Assembly (NCBI GenBank): GCA_045627925.1
Contig: JAZQOS010000020.1
Coordinates: 2,942-66,941 of the forward strand
Source: Kiritimatiellia bacterium
GTDB lineage: Bacteria > Verrucomicrobiota > Kiritimatiellia > RFP12 > UBA1067
DNA length: 64,000 bases
Direction: 5' to 3'
Under the pieces are notes generated by a model. That model did not search any database. It saw only the letters and a list, made by a program, of their open reading frames with translations, and was not told the DNA's origin. This document shows, piece by piece, positions 10,114 through 20,500 of the stretch (within the stretch, counting starts at the first letter, position 1; each line of letters starts with the position of its first letter). Position numbers and translations under genes: made by a program.

Positions 10114-11307
10114 ATGAAAATCAGGGCGTTTGCGGCCGTGCGGCCGAATCCGGCGGATGCCGAAAAAGTCGCAGCGGTGCCGTACGATGTTGTTGATACC
10201 GCGGAGGCGAAGGTGCTCGCGGCGGGAAACCCGAAGAGCTTTCTCCACGTTTCGCGTCCGGAGATTGATTTAAGCGAGGGAACCGATCCTTCGTCGGACG
10301 TGGCCTACGCGCAGGCGAAGAAGGCGCTCAATGGCTTAATTGCCGATGGGGTGCTCGTTCGCGACGAGGAACCGAAGTTCTACGCCTATCGCCAGACGAT
10401 GGGCGCGCACGCTCAGACCGGAATCGTCGCAACCTTCGATACCAAGGATTATCTCGCCGGCGTTCTCAAGCAACACGAAAAGACGCGCAAGGACAAGGAA
10501 GACGACCGCACGCGCCACATCGAGACCTTGGGGGCGCAAACCGGCCCCGCGTTCCTCGCCTATCGCGACGACAAGGCGATCGACCTTATCGTCGAGGACG
10601 CCTGCCGCAAGGCTCCGCTTTACGATTTCGTCGCGCCGGACGGGATTCGCCACACGGTTTGGGAGATCGCAAGCGCCACGGCATGCGCGGGCGACGAGCT
10701 CGTTGAGCTTTTCGCGCGCATACCCGTCGCCTACATCGCCGACGGACACCATCGTTCCGCCGCCGCTTCGCGCTACGCGAAACTGCGCGACTTCGAGGGC
10801 GAGAGCCGCTACTTCATGGCGGTAATCTTTCCGGCGAGCCAGCTTAAGATTCTCGCGTACAATCGGCTCGTGAAGGATCTAAACGGGCTTACGAAGGAAG
10901 AGTTTATCGCGCGGATCAAGGAGAAGTTCACGCTGGGCGAAAGGGGCGAGCGGAACTGTCGGATGTATTTGGACGGCGAGTGGACGCCGCTTTCTTGGAA
11001 ACTTCCGAAAGGTGATGTCGTTTCCGCGCTGGACGTATCCTATCTTCAGGATAACTTGCTCGCGCCGATTTTGGGAATCGGCGATCCGCGTACGGACGCG
11101 CGCATTTCCTTCATGGGCGGGATTCGGGGCGACAATGAGCTCGCGGCGAAGGTCGATTCGGGCGAGAACGCCGTCGCTTTCGCGATGAATCCGGTTACCG
11201 TGGAGGAGATGATGGCAATCGCCGACGCCGGCGCGATAATGCCGCCCAAGTCCACCTGGTTCGAGCCCAAGCTTCGCTCCGGACTTTTCGTCCACCTCGT
11301 CGGTTAA
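10114..11307 (+). CDS. DUF1015 family protein
   Basis: PYDVV, HEKT, YIADGHHR and MPPKSTWFEPKLRSGL. Confidence 0.92.
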   Translation: MKIRAFAAVRPNPADAEKVAAVPYDVVDTAEAKVLAAGNPKSFLHVSRPEIDLSEGTDPSSDVAYAQAKKALNGLIADGVLVRDEEPKFYAYRQTMGAHAQTGIVATFDTKDYLAGVLKQHEKTRKDKEDDRTRHIETLGAQTGPAFLAYRDDKAIDLIVEDACRKAPLYDFVAPDGIRHTVWEIASATACAGDELVELFARIPVAYIADGHHRSAAASRYAKLRDFEGESRYFMAVIFPASQLKILAYNRLVKDLNGLTKEEFIARIKEKFTLGERGERNCRMYLDGEWTPLSWKLPKGDVVSALDVSYLQDNLLAPILGIGDPRTDARISFMGGIRGDNELAAKVDSGENAVAFAMNPVTVEEMMAIADAGAIMPPKSTWFEPKLRSGLFVHLVG

Positions 11308-11379
11308 GCGGCGCGTTGGACGATTTTGACGCCGAGCGGGCTATTGCCATTTACGACGGGAAATGGTAGAATTCCAATC

Positions 11380-12108
11380 GTGAAGAAGTCCTCGCGCAAG
11401 CTCAAATATCGGCGCATTCTCCTGAAGCTTTCGGGCGAAGTCCTCGGGAATCGCGCAACTGGGGAGTGCATTGACCCGAAGAATCTCGCGTTCATGGCCG
11501 AACGGGTGAAGAAAATCCACGCGCTCGGTTGCGAAATCGGCATCGTTCTCGGCGGCGGCAACATCTTCCGCGGGCTTTCCGGCGCGGACAAGGGCGTCAA
11601 TCGCGTGACGGGAGACTCGATGGGCATGCTCGCGACGATTATCAACGGGCTCGCGATGATGAACGCGCTCGAGTCGATCGGTGTTCCTACGCGGCTCATG
11701 ACCGCAATCGAAATGCCCAAGCTTGCGGAACCTTTCATCCAGCGCAAGGCGATTCGCCACTTCGAGAAGGGGCGCGTGTGCATCTTCGCTGGCGGAACGG
11801 GGAATCCGTATTTCTCGACCGACTCCGCCGCCGCGCTCAGGGCGAGCGAGATCGGCGCCTCGGCGCTTTTGAAGGCGACCAAGGTGGCCGGAATCTACAC
11901 CGCCGACCCGAAGAAGGATCCGAAGGCGAAGAAGTACGCTTCGCTCAAGTACGAGACCGCGCTTGAAAAGCGCTTGAAGGTCATGGATTCGGCCGCGTTT
12001 GCCCTTTGCATGGACAACGGAATCCCGATCATCGTCTTCGATTTCTTCGACAAGAACGCGTTGGAGCGCGTCGTCAAGGGCGAAGCGGTGGGGACGATAG
12101 TGAGTTAA
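11380..12108 (+). CDS. pyrH: UMP kinase
   Basis: LLKLSGE, GGGNIFRG and GTGNPYFSTD; GTG start 7 nt after TTGCCA-17-TAGAAT. Confidence 0.97.
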   Translation: MKKSSRKLKYRRILLKLSGEVLGNRATGECIDPKNLAFMAERVKKIHALGCEIGIVLGGGNIFRGLSGADKGVNRVTGDSMGMLATIINGLAMMNALESIGVPTRLMTAIEMPKLAEPFIQRKAIRHFEKGRVCIFAGGTGNPYFSTDSAAALRASEIGASALLKATKVAGIYTADPKKDPKAKKYASLKYETALEKRLKVMDSAAFALCMDNGIPIIVFDFFDKNALERVVKGEAVGTIVS

Positions 12109-12126
12109 AAGTTCAAGGAAGAAAAC

Positions 12127-12690
12127 ATGGAAACGGTTGCGGAAGTACTGAACGACACGAATACGAAGATTCAGAAGAGCTTTGACCAGCTCAAGAGCCA
12201 GTTCGCGGGTTTGAGAACCGGAAAAGCCTCGCCGGCGATGGTCGATCAGATCAAGGTCGATTACTACGGCGCGCCGACGCCGATCAAGAATCTCGGAACG
12301 ATTTCGACTCCGGAGCCGCGCCAGATCAAGATTACGCCTTTCGATCCGACGGTTATCGACGCGATGAACAAGGCGATTCTCGCCGCCAACATCGGCGTCA
12401 CTCCGCAGACCGACGGAAAAGTGCTGCGTATCACCGTCCCCGAACTCAACGAGGAGCGCCGCAAGGAGATCGTCAAGGTCGCCAAGACCCAGGCCGAGGC
12501 GCAGAAGGTCGCGATGCGCAACGTGCGGCGCGACGCGAACGACGCGGTGAAGAAACTCGAAAAGGACAAGAAGATTTCGGAAGACGACCTGAAACAGGGT
12601 CTGGACAAGATTCAGAAGGCGACCGACGACGGCATCGCGAAAATCGACGCCGAGTTGAAGGCCAAGGAATCCGAGGTAATGGCGGTTTAA
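12127..12690 (+). CDS. frr: Ribosome recycling factor
   Basis: LRTGKASP, VDYYG, PELNEERRKE and RNVRRDAN. Confidence 0.98.
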   Translation: METVAEVLNDTNTKIQKSFDQLKSQFAGLRTGKASPAMVDQIKVDYYGAPTPIKNLGTISTPEPRQIKITPFDPTVIDAMNKAILAANIGVTPQTDGKVLRITVPELNEERRKEIVKVAKTQAEAQKVAMRNVRRDANDAVKKLEKDKKISEDDLKQGLDKIQKATDDGIAKIDAELKAKESEVMAV

Positions 12691-12700
12691 GGAGAAGGCA

Positions 12701-13558
12701 ATGGCGGAAGAAATCGAAATGACTCCGGTCGACGCGGCGGAACCGCCCAAGGCGAATCCGCTCGCGAAGCCGATTATTGCGAACAAAGTGCAGACGGTTA
12801 AGGCGAGCCCGCTCGCAAGGCCGGGCTTGAAACTCCCGTCCAAACCGGGGCTTTCGACGGCGGGGCTGAAGCTTCCGCCCAAGCCGATCATCCGCAAGCC
12901 GGGCTCGCCGGTTTCAAGCGCGCTTCCGAAGCCGATTATGCCGACGAAACCGGCGGCGACTCCGGTCGAGGCGCCGAAGCCGGTAGAAACCCTGAAGAGC
13001 GTGACCCAAAAGCTCAAGGGCATCACCCAGCAGATTCCGCAGCAGGCGATTTTGCACAAAACGGGAATCATCGCCGATGCCGCGCTTACCGAGGCGCAGA
13101 AGGAGGCGGCGAAGCACAAGACCGCCCGCATCTCGCTTTCGGACGCGATGGGCGTCGCGCCGGTGAAGAACGAGAACGCGCCGATGAAGACGATTCGCAT
13201 CAAGCGGCCGATCAACATCCCCGGCGCGACCGAGAAGCTCGCGCCGCAGAGCGCCGAAGCGATAGCGCCAGTCGCCGAGCCCGCGGTCAGCGTTACCCAG
13301 AAGAAGACTTTAAAGATCGCGCGTCCCGCGACGAGCAAGTTCGCGGTCAAGCGTCCGGCGCCCGCCGGCGAGGGCGAAGTCGCCGACATTCCCGACATTC
13401 CGTCTGCGCCGATTCCGCCGGTTCCGACGGCGCTCAACGTCGACACCACCCCCGCCTGGGTCTACACGCTTTCGACGATCGTTCAGCTCGCGGCTTGCGT
13501 GGTGATGGGGGTTGTCGCCTGGTATCTCTACCAAAACACGCAGACCTTCTACTTCTGA
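12701..13558 (+). CDS. Pro/Lys/Ala-rich low-complexity protein with a single C-terminal TM helix
   Basis: SD AAGGAG, host-like codon usage and a hydrophobic C-terminal segment. Confidence 0.8.
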   Translation: MAEEIEMTPVDAAEPPKANPLAKPIIANKVQTVKASPLARPGLKLPSKPGLSTAGLKLPPKPIIRKPGSPVSSALPKPIMPTKPAATPVEAPKPVETLKSVTQKLKGITQQIPQQAILHKTGIIADAALTEAQKEAAKHKTARISLSDAMGVAPVKNENAPMKTIRIKRPINIPGATEKLAPQSAEAIAPVAEPAVSVTQKKTLKIARPATSKFAVKRPAPAGEGEVADIPDIPSAPIPPVPTALNVDTTPAWVYTLSTIVQLAACVVMGVVAWYLYQNTQTFYF

Positions 13559-13565
13559 TGACGAA

Positions 13566-14444
13566 GTGAGGCGGTTCGCTGCCATCGTGAGGGCGACAGC
13601 GCTCGAGGTCGAGTCCGAGCCGTTGTCGCTCCTCGTTTTAATCTCGGCGCTCGTTCTCGCGATTATGGCGCCGCTACTTCATTACCATCAGTTCGGCGAG
13701 CCGACGCGGATGGCGCGAGACGCGGGCTTTTCCGCACTGTTCCTCGGTTCGCTCGCGTTTGCGATTTTCCTGCCGATAAGGGTGTTTGTTCGCGAACGCG
13801 AGTCGGGGACGATGGCGATGGCGCTTGCGCACGCGACTTCACGGGGCGGATTCTTCGGGGCCAAGCTCGTCGGCATCGCGTTCGCCCAACTCGGTTTCGC
13901 CCTCGTCGTTTTCACGACGACGTTGGTCGTTGTCGAGGGCGCGCGCATCGGCGGGGAAATCGCGAACGGCGACATTGCGCGAATTTACGGCCCTTGTGCG
14001 GCGATCGCGTTTGTAATGCTGTTATTGCCGCTCGTCGTCGGCGCGCTTCTGAACCGTTTCGCCAATCGTCGCTTCGTCCTTTCCGCCTGTCGGCTCGCCG
14101 TTTGGCTTTCGGCGCTCGCCCTACTGGGCGTCGCGGCGGTGGACGCAAAAACGCTCGTGCGGTATTTGCCGGTCGCCTTGCTCGTCGTCGTTCAGTCGTG
14201 GGTGTTCATGGCGCTGGCGTCGGCGCTCGCGACGAGGTTCAGGCCGAATTTCGCCGCCTCGGCTTCGGCGCTCTTGCTTGCGCTCGCCTTGCCTTTTGTC
14301 GGAAACTACTATTCGGTGGATGCGCTCGCGAAGGGCGGGACGCTCGCTTGGTCGTACGTCGCGCTGGCGATTTTGGCGGCGCTTTTGCCTATCGTGGCTT
14401 TCGTCGTAATCGGAATCTCGCTCACGGGCGAAGGCGGGGAATAA
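13566..14444 (+). CDS. ABC-2 type permease-like membrane protein
   Basis: Multiple TM helices and a RERESGT...SRGGFFGAKLVG motif; precedes an ABC ATPase; start uncertain. Confidence 0.75.
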   Translation: MRRFAAIVRATALEVESEPLSLLVLISALVLAIMAPLLHYHQFGEPTRMARDAGFSALFLGSLAFAIFLPIRVFVRERESGTMAMALAHATSRGGFFGAKLVGIAFAQLGFALVVFTTTLVVVEGARIGGEIANGDIARIYGPCAAIAFVMLLLPLVVGALLNRFANRRFVLSACRLAVWLSALALLGVAAVDAKTLVRYLPVALLVVVQSWVFMALASALATRFRPNFAASASALLLALALPFVGNYYSVDALAKGGTLAWSYVALAILAALLPIVAFVVIGISLTGEGGE

Positions 14445-15196
14445 TGGCGGTAATCGAACTCAAGAACGTAAAAAAGACTTTTCGCGACTTTTGGCTCCGG
14501 CCGGTCGTGCAGGCGGTGGATTCGCTTTCGCTCGAGATCGAGCGCGGCGAAGTCTTCGGGCTTTTGGGCCCCAACGGCTCTGGCAAATCGACGACCATCA
14601 AGATGATTTTGGGACTGGTCGCACCGAGCGCGGGCGAAATCGCTGTTTTCGGCGAAAAGCCGCGCTCTCTATCCGCGCGCAAACGTCTCGGATATTTGCC
14701 CGAGCTCAGCTATCTTCATCCGTTTCTAACCGCCGAGGAAACGCTCGAATACTACGCGGGGCTTTGCAACCTCAAGCGAAGCGAGGCGAAGAAGCGCACG
14801 CAAGCGCTTTTGAAGATGGTCGGGATGGAAAAGGTCGCGAAGCGTCCGGTGGGCGGGTTCTCGAAGGGCATGGCGCGGCGTATCGCGCTCGCGGCGAGTT
14901 TGATCGGCAAACCCGAACTTCTGATTCTTGACGAACCGACTTCGGGTCTCGACCCCGTTTCGACGCGCGAGGTGAAGACGCTCGTCAAGGCGCTTGCGAA
15001 GGGAGGAATGACGATTCTCATGACTTCGCACCTTCTCGCCGACGTCGAGGACGTTTGCGATCGGGTAATGATTTTGAACGGCGGCAAGGCGGTTGCCGAG
15101 GGCAAGGTCGGCGAGTTGGGCACGAGTCTCGAGGAGTTTTTCCTCGCGAAGGTCAAGGATGCGGATGATTTCGTTTTGGCGGATTTTCTCGCTTGA
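14444..15196 (+). CDS. ABC transporter ATP-binding protein
   Basis: Walker A GPNGSGKST, FSKGM signature, LILDEPTSGLD and SH switch. Confidence 0.95.
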   Translation: MAVIELKNVKKTFRDFWLRPVVQAVDSLSLEIERGEVFGLLGPNGSGKSTTIKMILGLVAPSAGEIAVFGEKPRSLSARKRLGYLPELSYLHPFLTAEETLEYYAGLCNLKRSEAKKRTQALLKMVGMEKVAKRPVGGFSKGMARRIALAASLIGKPELLILDEPTSGLDPVSTREVKTLVKALAKGGMTILMTSHLLADVEDVCDRVMILNGGKAVAEGKVGELGTSLEEFFLAKVKDADDFVLADFLA

Positions 15197-16412
15197 GGCG
15201 AAGGCGCTCGTGCGCTCCAAAACGCTGCTCATGCTTGCGGTGGCGAGCATCGGGTGGCTGTTCGTTCTGCCGCGTTTTCTGAAAGGCGACGGCACGCTCG
15301 ACGGCGCGCGCGAACTTTACGTGCGCTACGGTCTTGGCGGCGCGTTTTTGCTGATCGCGCTCGCCTTGCTTTCCTCGGCCACCGCCTCGCTCGCGAAGGA
15401 ACGTGCTGCCAAAAGGTTGCAGCTTACGATGGTGCGACCGGTGAGCGCGTTCGCGATTGTCCTCGCGAAAACGCTCGCGCATGCGTTTTCGGGCGCGGCG
15501 ATTCTGGCGTTGGTCGCGCTTATCTTGTGCGCGAGGGTGGATTGCAGCCGTCTGTCGAACCACGTTCTCGAGCCGATTCTGCCTTCGCCGCGCGTCGAAG
15601 CGGAGGCGATGTACGCGCACTTTATGGCCGACGAGCGAACTCCGGAAGAGGTGAAGAAGGCTCCCAAAACGCTGCTTTTGCGGATTCTCGCCGCACGCGC
15701 CTACGATCGTTACGAGTCGATTGCGACCAATGCCGTGGCGCGATGGAAGTTCCCGATTTCCGATTTTAGGGCGAGTGCCTCGCCGAGCGTGCGGCTGCGC
15801 TTCACCACGCAAATCGGCGCGAGCGACGACGTCAAGGGCTCGCTCTCGCTCGGGGACTTTCGAGCTACGGTGGGCAACGTTACGAAATCCGTGATCGTCG
15901 TTCCGCTTGCGGGTGCGGGTAATCTCGGCGAAACGTTGGAATTCGCGAATTGCGGCGAGAAGTCGCTGATGTTTCGTCCTCGCCGCGATGTGCAACTCTT
16001 GATGCCGGCGGAACCGTTTGCGGTGAATTTCGTCTTCGCGTATTTGGAGCTCGTCGCGATCCTTTTCGCGCTTCTTGCCTTCGGCGCGATGCTGTCGGCG
16101 GCGCTATCGCGCCCGGTTGCGCTTTTTTCGGCGATTGCCGTGTTCGTCGTCGGTGAGATGGGGCCGAGCGTTATCGAGCAGTATCCCGACGAATTTCACG
16201 CGAGCAAGATCGATAGGGCGGGGCTTGCGATCGCGCGTGCGACGACGGAGCTTACGCGTCCGGTCGCGGGCCTGAAACCGGTCGCGGCGCTTGCCGCCGA
16301 CGAACGCGTGGAAACGGGCGAAGTCGTTCGCGCGCTCGTCACGGACGGAGTCGTATTGCCGCTCGTATTCGCGCTTTTGGCGGCTTTCGCGCTGCCGCGC
16401 AAGGAGGAATAA
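15165..16412 (+). CDS. ABC-2 type permease with large extracytoplasmic domain
   Basis: SLAKERAAKRLQLTMVRPVS motif; TM helices at both ends. Confidence 0.75.
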   Translation: MISFWRIFSLEAKALVRSKTLLMLAVASIGWLFVLPRFLKGDGTLDGARELYVRYGLGGAFLLIALALLSSATASLAKERAAKRLQLTMVRPVSAFAIVLAKTLAHAFSGAAILALVALILCARVDCSRLSNHVLEPILPSPRVEAEAMYAHFMADERTPEEVKKAPKTLLLRILAARAYDRYESIATNAVARWKFPISDFRASASPSVRLRFTTQIGASDDVKGSLSLGDFRATVGNVTKSVIVVPLAGAGNLGETLEFANCGEKSLMFRPRRDVQLLMPAEPFAVNFVFAYLELVAILFALLAFGAMLSAALSRPVALFSAIAVFVVGEMGPSVIEQYPDEFHASKIDRAGLAIARATTELTRPVAGLKPVAALAADERVETGEVVRALVTDGVVLPLVFALLAAFALPRKEE

Positions 16413-16415
16413 ACG

Positions 16416-17189
16416 ATGTTTCCCGATCTCGTCGATCTCGGTTTCGTTCATATCAAGACTTACGGCGCTTGCATGGCGATCGGATTTCTCCTTTGCTGGA
16501 GACTGATTGAAAAGCTGAGCGGTCGCAAGGACCTTTCGAACTTGCTGTTGTCGCTAATGGTTTCCGGCGTCGTCGGCAGTCGCGCCGCCTACGTAATCGA
16601 AAATTGGTCGCGGGAATTCGCGGCGAATCCGGCGGCGATTATTCGCGTGGATCGCGGCGGACTCGTCTTTTACGGCGGGCTGATACTCGCAATCGTCGTG
16701 TTCTTCGCGTGGTGTGCGATGAAACGCGAGCGAGTGTACGAGCTCGCCGATCTTTTTTGCACGGTCATTCCGCTCGGTCACGCCTGCGGGCGAATCGGGT
16801 GCTTTTTCTACGGGTGCTGTTACGGACGCGATTCGAACGCATGGTGCGCGGTCGTGTTTCCGGCGGGGAGCCCGAGCTGGTTCGAGCATGGTCGCAAGGC
16901 GGTGGCGGTTTTGCCGACGCAGCTTTTCGAGGCGGCGGCGCTCCTTGCGCTTTTCGCGCTTCTGTACTTCCTTTATCGGCGTTATCGACGTTACACGACC
17001 GGAGTCTATCTCGTCGGTTACGCGATGATTCGTTTCGCGCTAGAATATTTGCGCGGCGATCCGCGCGCGGAAGTGGGGCCGTTTTCCATTGCCCAGACGA
17101 TTTCTTTCGGCATTTTCGTCCTCGGAGTCGTTTTCGTCGCCCTTTCTTGGTATAATATTCGCCATGACTACCGTAACCAAGACCGTTAA
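16416..17189 (+). CDS. lgt: Prolipoprotein diacylglyceryl transferase
   Basis: GGLVFYGG, GRIGCFFYGCCYG, PTQLFE and RFALEYLRGD. Confidence 0.95.
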   Translation: MFPDLVDLGFVHIKTYGACMAIGFLLCWRLIEKLSGRKDLSNLLLSLMVSGVVGSRAAYVIENWSREFAANPAAIIRVDRGGLVFYGGLILAIVVFFAWCAMKRERVYELADLFCTVIPLGHACGRIGCFFYGCCYGRDSNAWCAVVFPAGSPSWFEHGRKAVAVLPTQLFEAAALLALFALLYFLYRRYRRYTTGVYLVGYAMIRFALEYLRGDPRAEVGPFSIAQTISFGIFVLGVVFVALSWYNIRHDYRNQDR

Positions 17190-17574
17190 GTTCGACGCGG
17201 CGCACGTTCTCACCAATCATCAGGGACTTTGCAAGAATTTGCACGGCCACACCTATCGAGTGGACGTCTCGGTCGCCGCCGACGAGCCATCCGAGGGCAT
17301 GGTCATCGACTTCAAGGATTTGAAGCGCATCGCGATGGAGAAAATCTGCGACAAGTTCGATCACGCCTTCATTTACAACACCGCTTCCGAGGGCGAACGA
17401 GAAATCGCCTCGGTCGTGGAGAAAAACGGTATGCGCACCGTCGCGATTCCCTTTCGCTCGACGGCGGAAAATCTCGCGCGGTATTTTTTCGACGAGCTTA
17501 AGGGCGCGGTCGTCGGTTTGGTTTCGGTTAAGGTGTGGGAAACCGCCGAGAACTGCGCGGAATATCGCGCGTGA
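17164..17574 (+). CDS. queD: 6-carboxytetrahydropterin synthase
   Basis: FDAAH, CKNLHGHTY, GMVIDF, STAENLA and VWET; ATG 7 nt after a TGGTATAAT that lies inside lgt. Confidence 0.93.
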   Translation: MTTVTKTVKFDAAHVLTNHQGLCKNLHGHTYRVDVSVAADEPSEGMVIDFKDLKRIAMEKICDKFDHAFIYNTASEGEREIASVVEKNGMRTVAIPFRSTAENLARYFFDELKGAVVGLVSVKVWETAENCAEYRA

Positions 17575-20500
17575 GCGTTCTCGGTGAGCTTTTTTGGGAG
17601 TTTCTTAAAATCGCCCTGACGGTAATCGGAGGCGGCTACGCCATTCTCGCAGTCGCCGACGACGTTTTCACGAAGAAGGGTTGGACGAAGGAAGGGGAGA
17701 TCACGGATGAGATCTCCGTCTTTCAGATGATTCCCGGGCTTATCGCGACGCATACCGCGGTCTATGTGGGGCGAAAAAAGGCGGGTATCGCTGGAGCGAT
17801 GGTCGCCGTTTTGGCGGTGGCGCTGCCGACCATTGCGCTTTTTACGCTCGTCGCCGTCTATTATGATTCAATTCCGGTTGAAAACGCGTATTTGAAGTCG
17901 GTTTTCGTCGGGCTTCGTTCGGCGCTCACGGGCATCATCGCCTCCGCGGTAATCGGCGGCTGGCGACGCAATTTGAAGGATGTCTTTTCCTACGCGGTGA
18001 TGGCGCTCGCGGCGTTCGGGAGCCTGTATTTCGGGGTTGCGCCGACGGTTTTGGGGGCGATGGTCTTGGGACTCGCCTGGGAGTTCGGCGGCGGAAAGTT
18101 CCGCTCGTCGGCGCTGGCATTTCTCGTGTTCCTCAAGTACGGCGTTCTTTGTCTGGGCGGCGGCTTCGTGCTCATCCCGATGTACATCGAGGATTTCGTC
18201 GGGCCTTCGGCCGCGTTTTTGCAAATCTCGGCGGAGGAATTCTCCAACGTGATGGCGCTCGCCCAAATGACGCCGGGGCCGGTGGGAGTGAACGCGGCGA
18301 CCTATTTCGGCTTTCGGCTCGGCGGCGCGGGCGGCGCGGTACTCGCCTCGCTTTGCCTCGTCTTGCCGGGGTCGGTGCTCGTCTATCTCGCCTTGAGTTC
18401 GCTCGATCGCTTCCGCGAAAGTCGCATTGTCAGGGGCGTCTTCCGCGCTCTTCGGCCGACCGCCGTCGCGTTGATGCTCGTCGCCCTCGCCGCTTTCGCG
18501 AAAACGAGCGTGCTGGACGGTGAAAACAATTTCAACATTGTTTCCGCCATAATTGCTATAATATCAGGAATTATGATTATGAAAAAGAAACTCAACGTCG
18601 TTCTCGTAATTCTTCTTTCCGCGTTCGTCGCCGGCATCGCCCGCGCGGATGGAATCACCGCCGAGGATTTCCCCGACGCCGATTCGGTTTTGGTCGACGA
18701 AACGGAAAGCGTCGTTTACCGCGTTGACGGCACGTACGACTCGACCTGCGAGTGCTGGGTGAAGATTTTGACCGAGAAGGGTCGACGCGAGGAAGGAACG
18801 TTTACGCTCCATTATTCGCGTCGATACGGTAGTGCGAAACTTCTCTACGTCGGGGCGATTGACGAAAACGGAGTCGAGCGCGAAATCGACGTCTCCTCGA
18901 CCACCGTCGACACTACCGACAACTCGTCGATGAAGGATAACATCTACGACCCGATGGATCGTCGCATTTCTTGCGCGATTCCCGGTCTCAGGGTCGGCGA
19001 CACGCTGCATCTCAAGTACACTCGCGGCAGTTTCAGCCCGCGTTGCGAGGGGAAGTGGGCGGATATTTCGATTATGGAATGGACGAGCCCGTTCGTCAAG
19101 CGGACGTACACCATTCTTTCTCCGAAGGAGCTTCCGCTGAAGAAGATCGCCGTTCGCAATCCGCGCGGCAACGTCAGGGAAACGCACGAAACGCTATCGG
19201 ACGGATCGGTTCGCCACACCTTCGTCTGCGAGAACGCGAAGCAGATTTTCGCCGAGCCCGATATGCCGCGAATGGAGACCCAGGTTCAGCACGTGCGCGT
19301 CTCCACCGCCGAAAACTGGCAGGAAATCTCGAAGTGGTATTGGGATCTTTGCGCTCCGCATCTCGCCCGTACCAACGAGGCGATCACCAACAAGGTGGAG
19401 GAGCTCGGCCACGATATCCGCTCGATCTTCAAGTTCGTTTCGCAGGAAGTCAGGTACATGGGTCTTACGATGGAGGATACCTCGCCCGGCTTCGCGCCGC
19501 ACGACGTGGACATTACCTTCAACAATCGCTACGGCGTTTGTCGCGACAAGGGCGCGCTCCTCGTCGCGATGCTGCGCCTCGCCGGTTTCGAGGCGTTTCC
19601 CGTCCTCATTCACGCGGGCGCGAAGCACGACCCGGAGATTCCCCAGCCGTTCTTCAACCACGCCGTCGTCGCGGTCGACAAGGGCAATCGCGAGTACGAG
19701 CTCATGGATCCGACGAACGAGAACGCGAAGGATCTCTTTCCGGCGTATCTTTGCGACAAGAGCTTCCTCGTCTGTCGTCCGGACGGCGAGACGTTGCTCA
19801 CTTCGCCGGTGCCGAGCGCCGAGCACAACACGCTCAAGGTCGTCTCCAAGGGGCGGCTTTCGAGCGACGGCTCGATGGTTCTCGACAACGACATCCTCTT
19901 CGGCGGCATCAACGACACCATCTATCGCCATTCGTTCGTGACCAAGAAGCCGGCGGATCGCGTCAAGTACTTCGAGCGAGTGGTAAAGCGGCTTTCCCCG
20001 GGCGCGGAGCTTTTGAAGTGCGAGATCGAGCCGGAGGACATGCGCGATACCGACGTTCCGATCCACGTTCGGCTTTCCGCGAAGCTTCCGGAGATGCTGC
20101 TTTTTGGAGAGAGCCGCGACGAGTTGACGGTTCCCTACATCAGCCGCATCTTCGGCATGGCGAATTTCCTTTTCGCGGACAACACTTCGCTCGACAAGCG
20201 CGTTTTTCCGCTCGACATCGACACCACCGCGGGCTTGGACGAAACGATCGAAATCGATCTCGGAACCGCAGTCGGCGAGGCGAAGGAGCTGCCGACGACC
20301 ACGGTCACGAACGGCGGCTACGACTATTATCGGACTTTCAGCGTCGAGGGACGCACGCTCAAGTCCGAGCGCAAACTGAAGATTACCAAGGTCGAGTTTT
20401 CGCCGGAGGAATACGTTACCTTGAAGAACAATCTCAAGCTCGTCGAGGCGGCGGAGCGCAAGCGCCCCGTCTTCACCAAGGGATTGCTCGCCGAGGCCGA

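Noticed and set aside
11341-13449. 702-aa minus-strand ORF and the many other long antisense or alternate-frame ORFs (e.g. 18971-20812, 35406-36917, 51388-53001)
   Set aside because: These are shadows of well-supported genes in GC-rich DNA and have no recognisable motifs.
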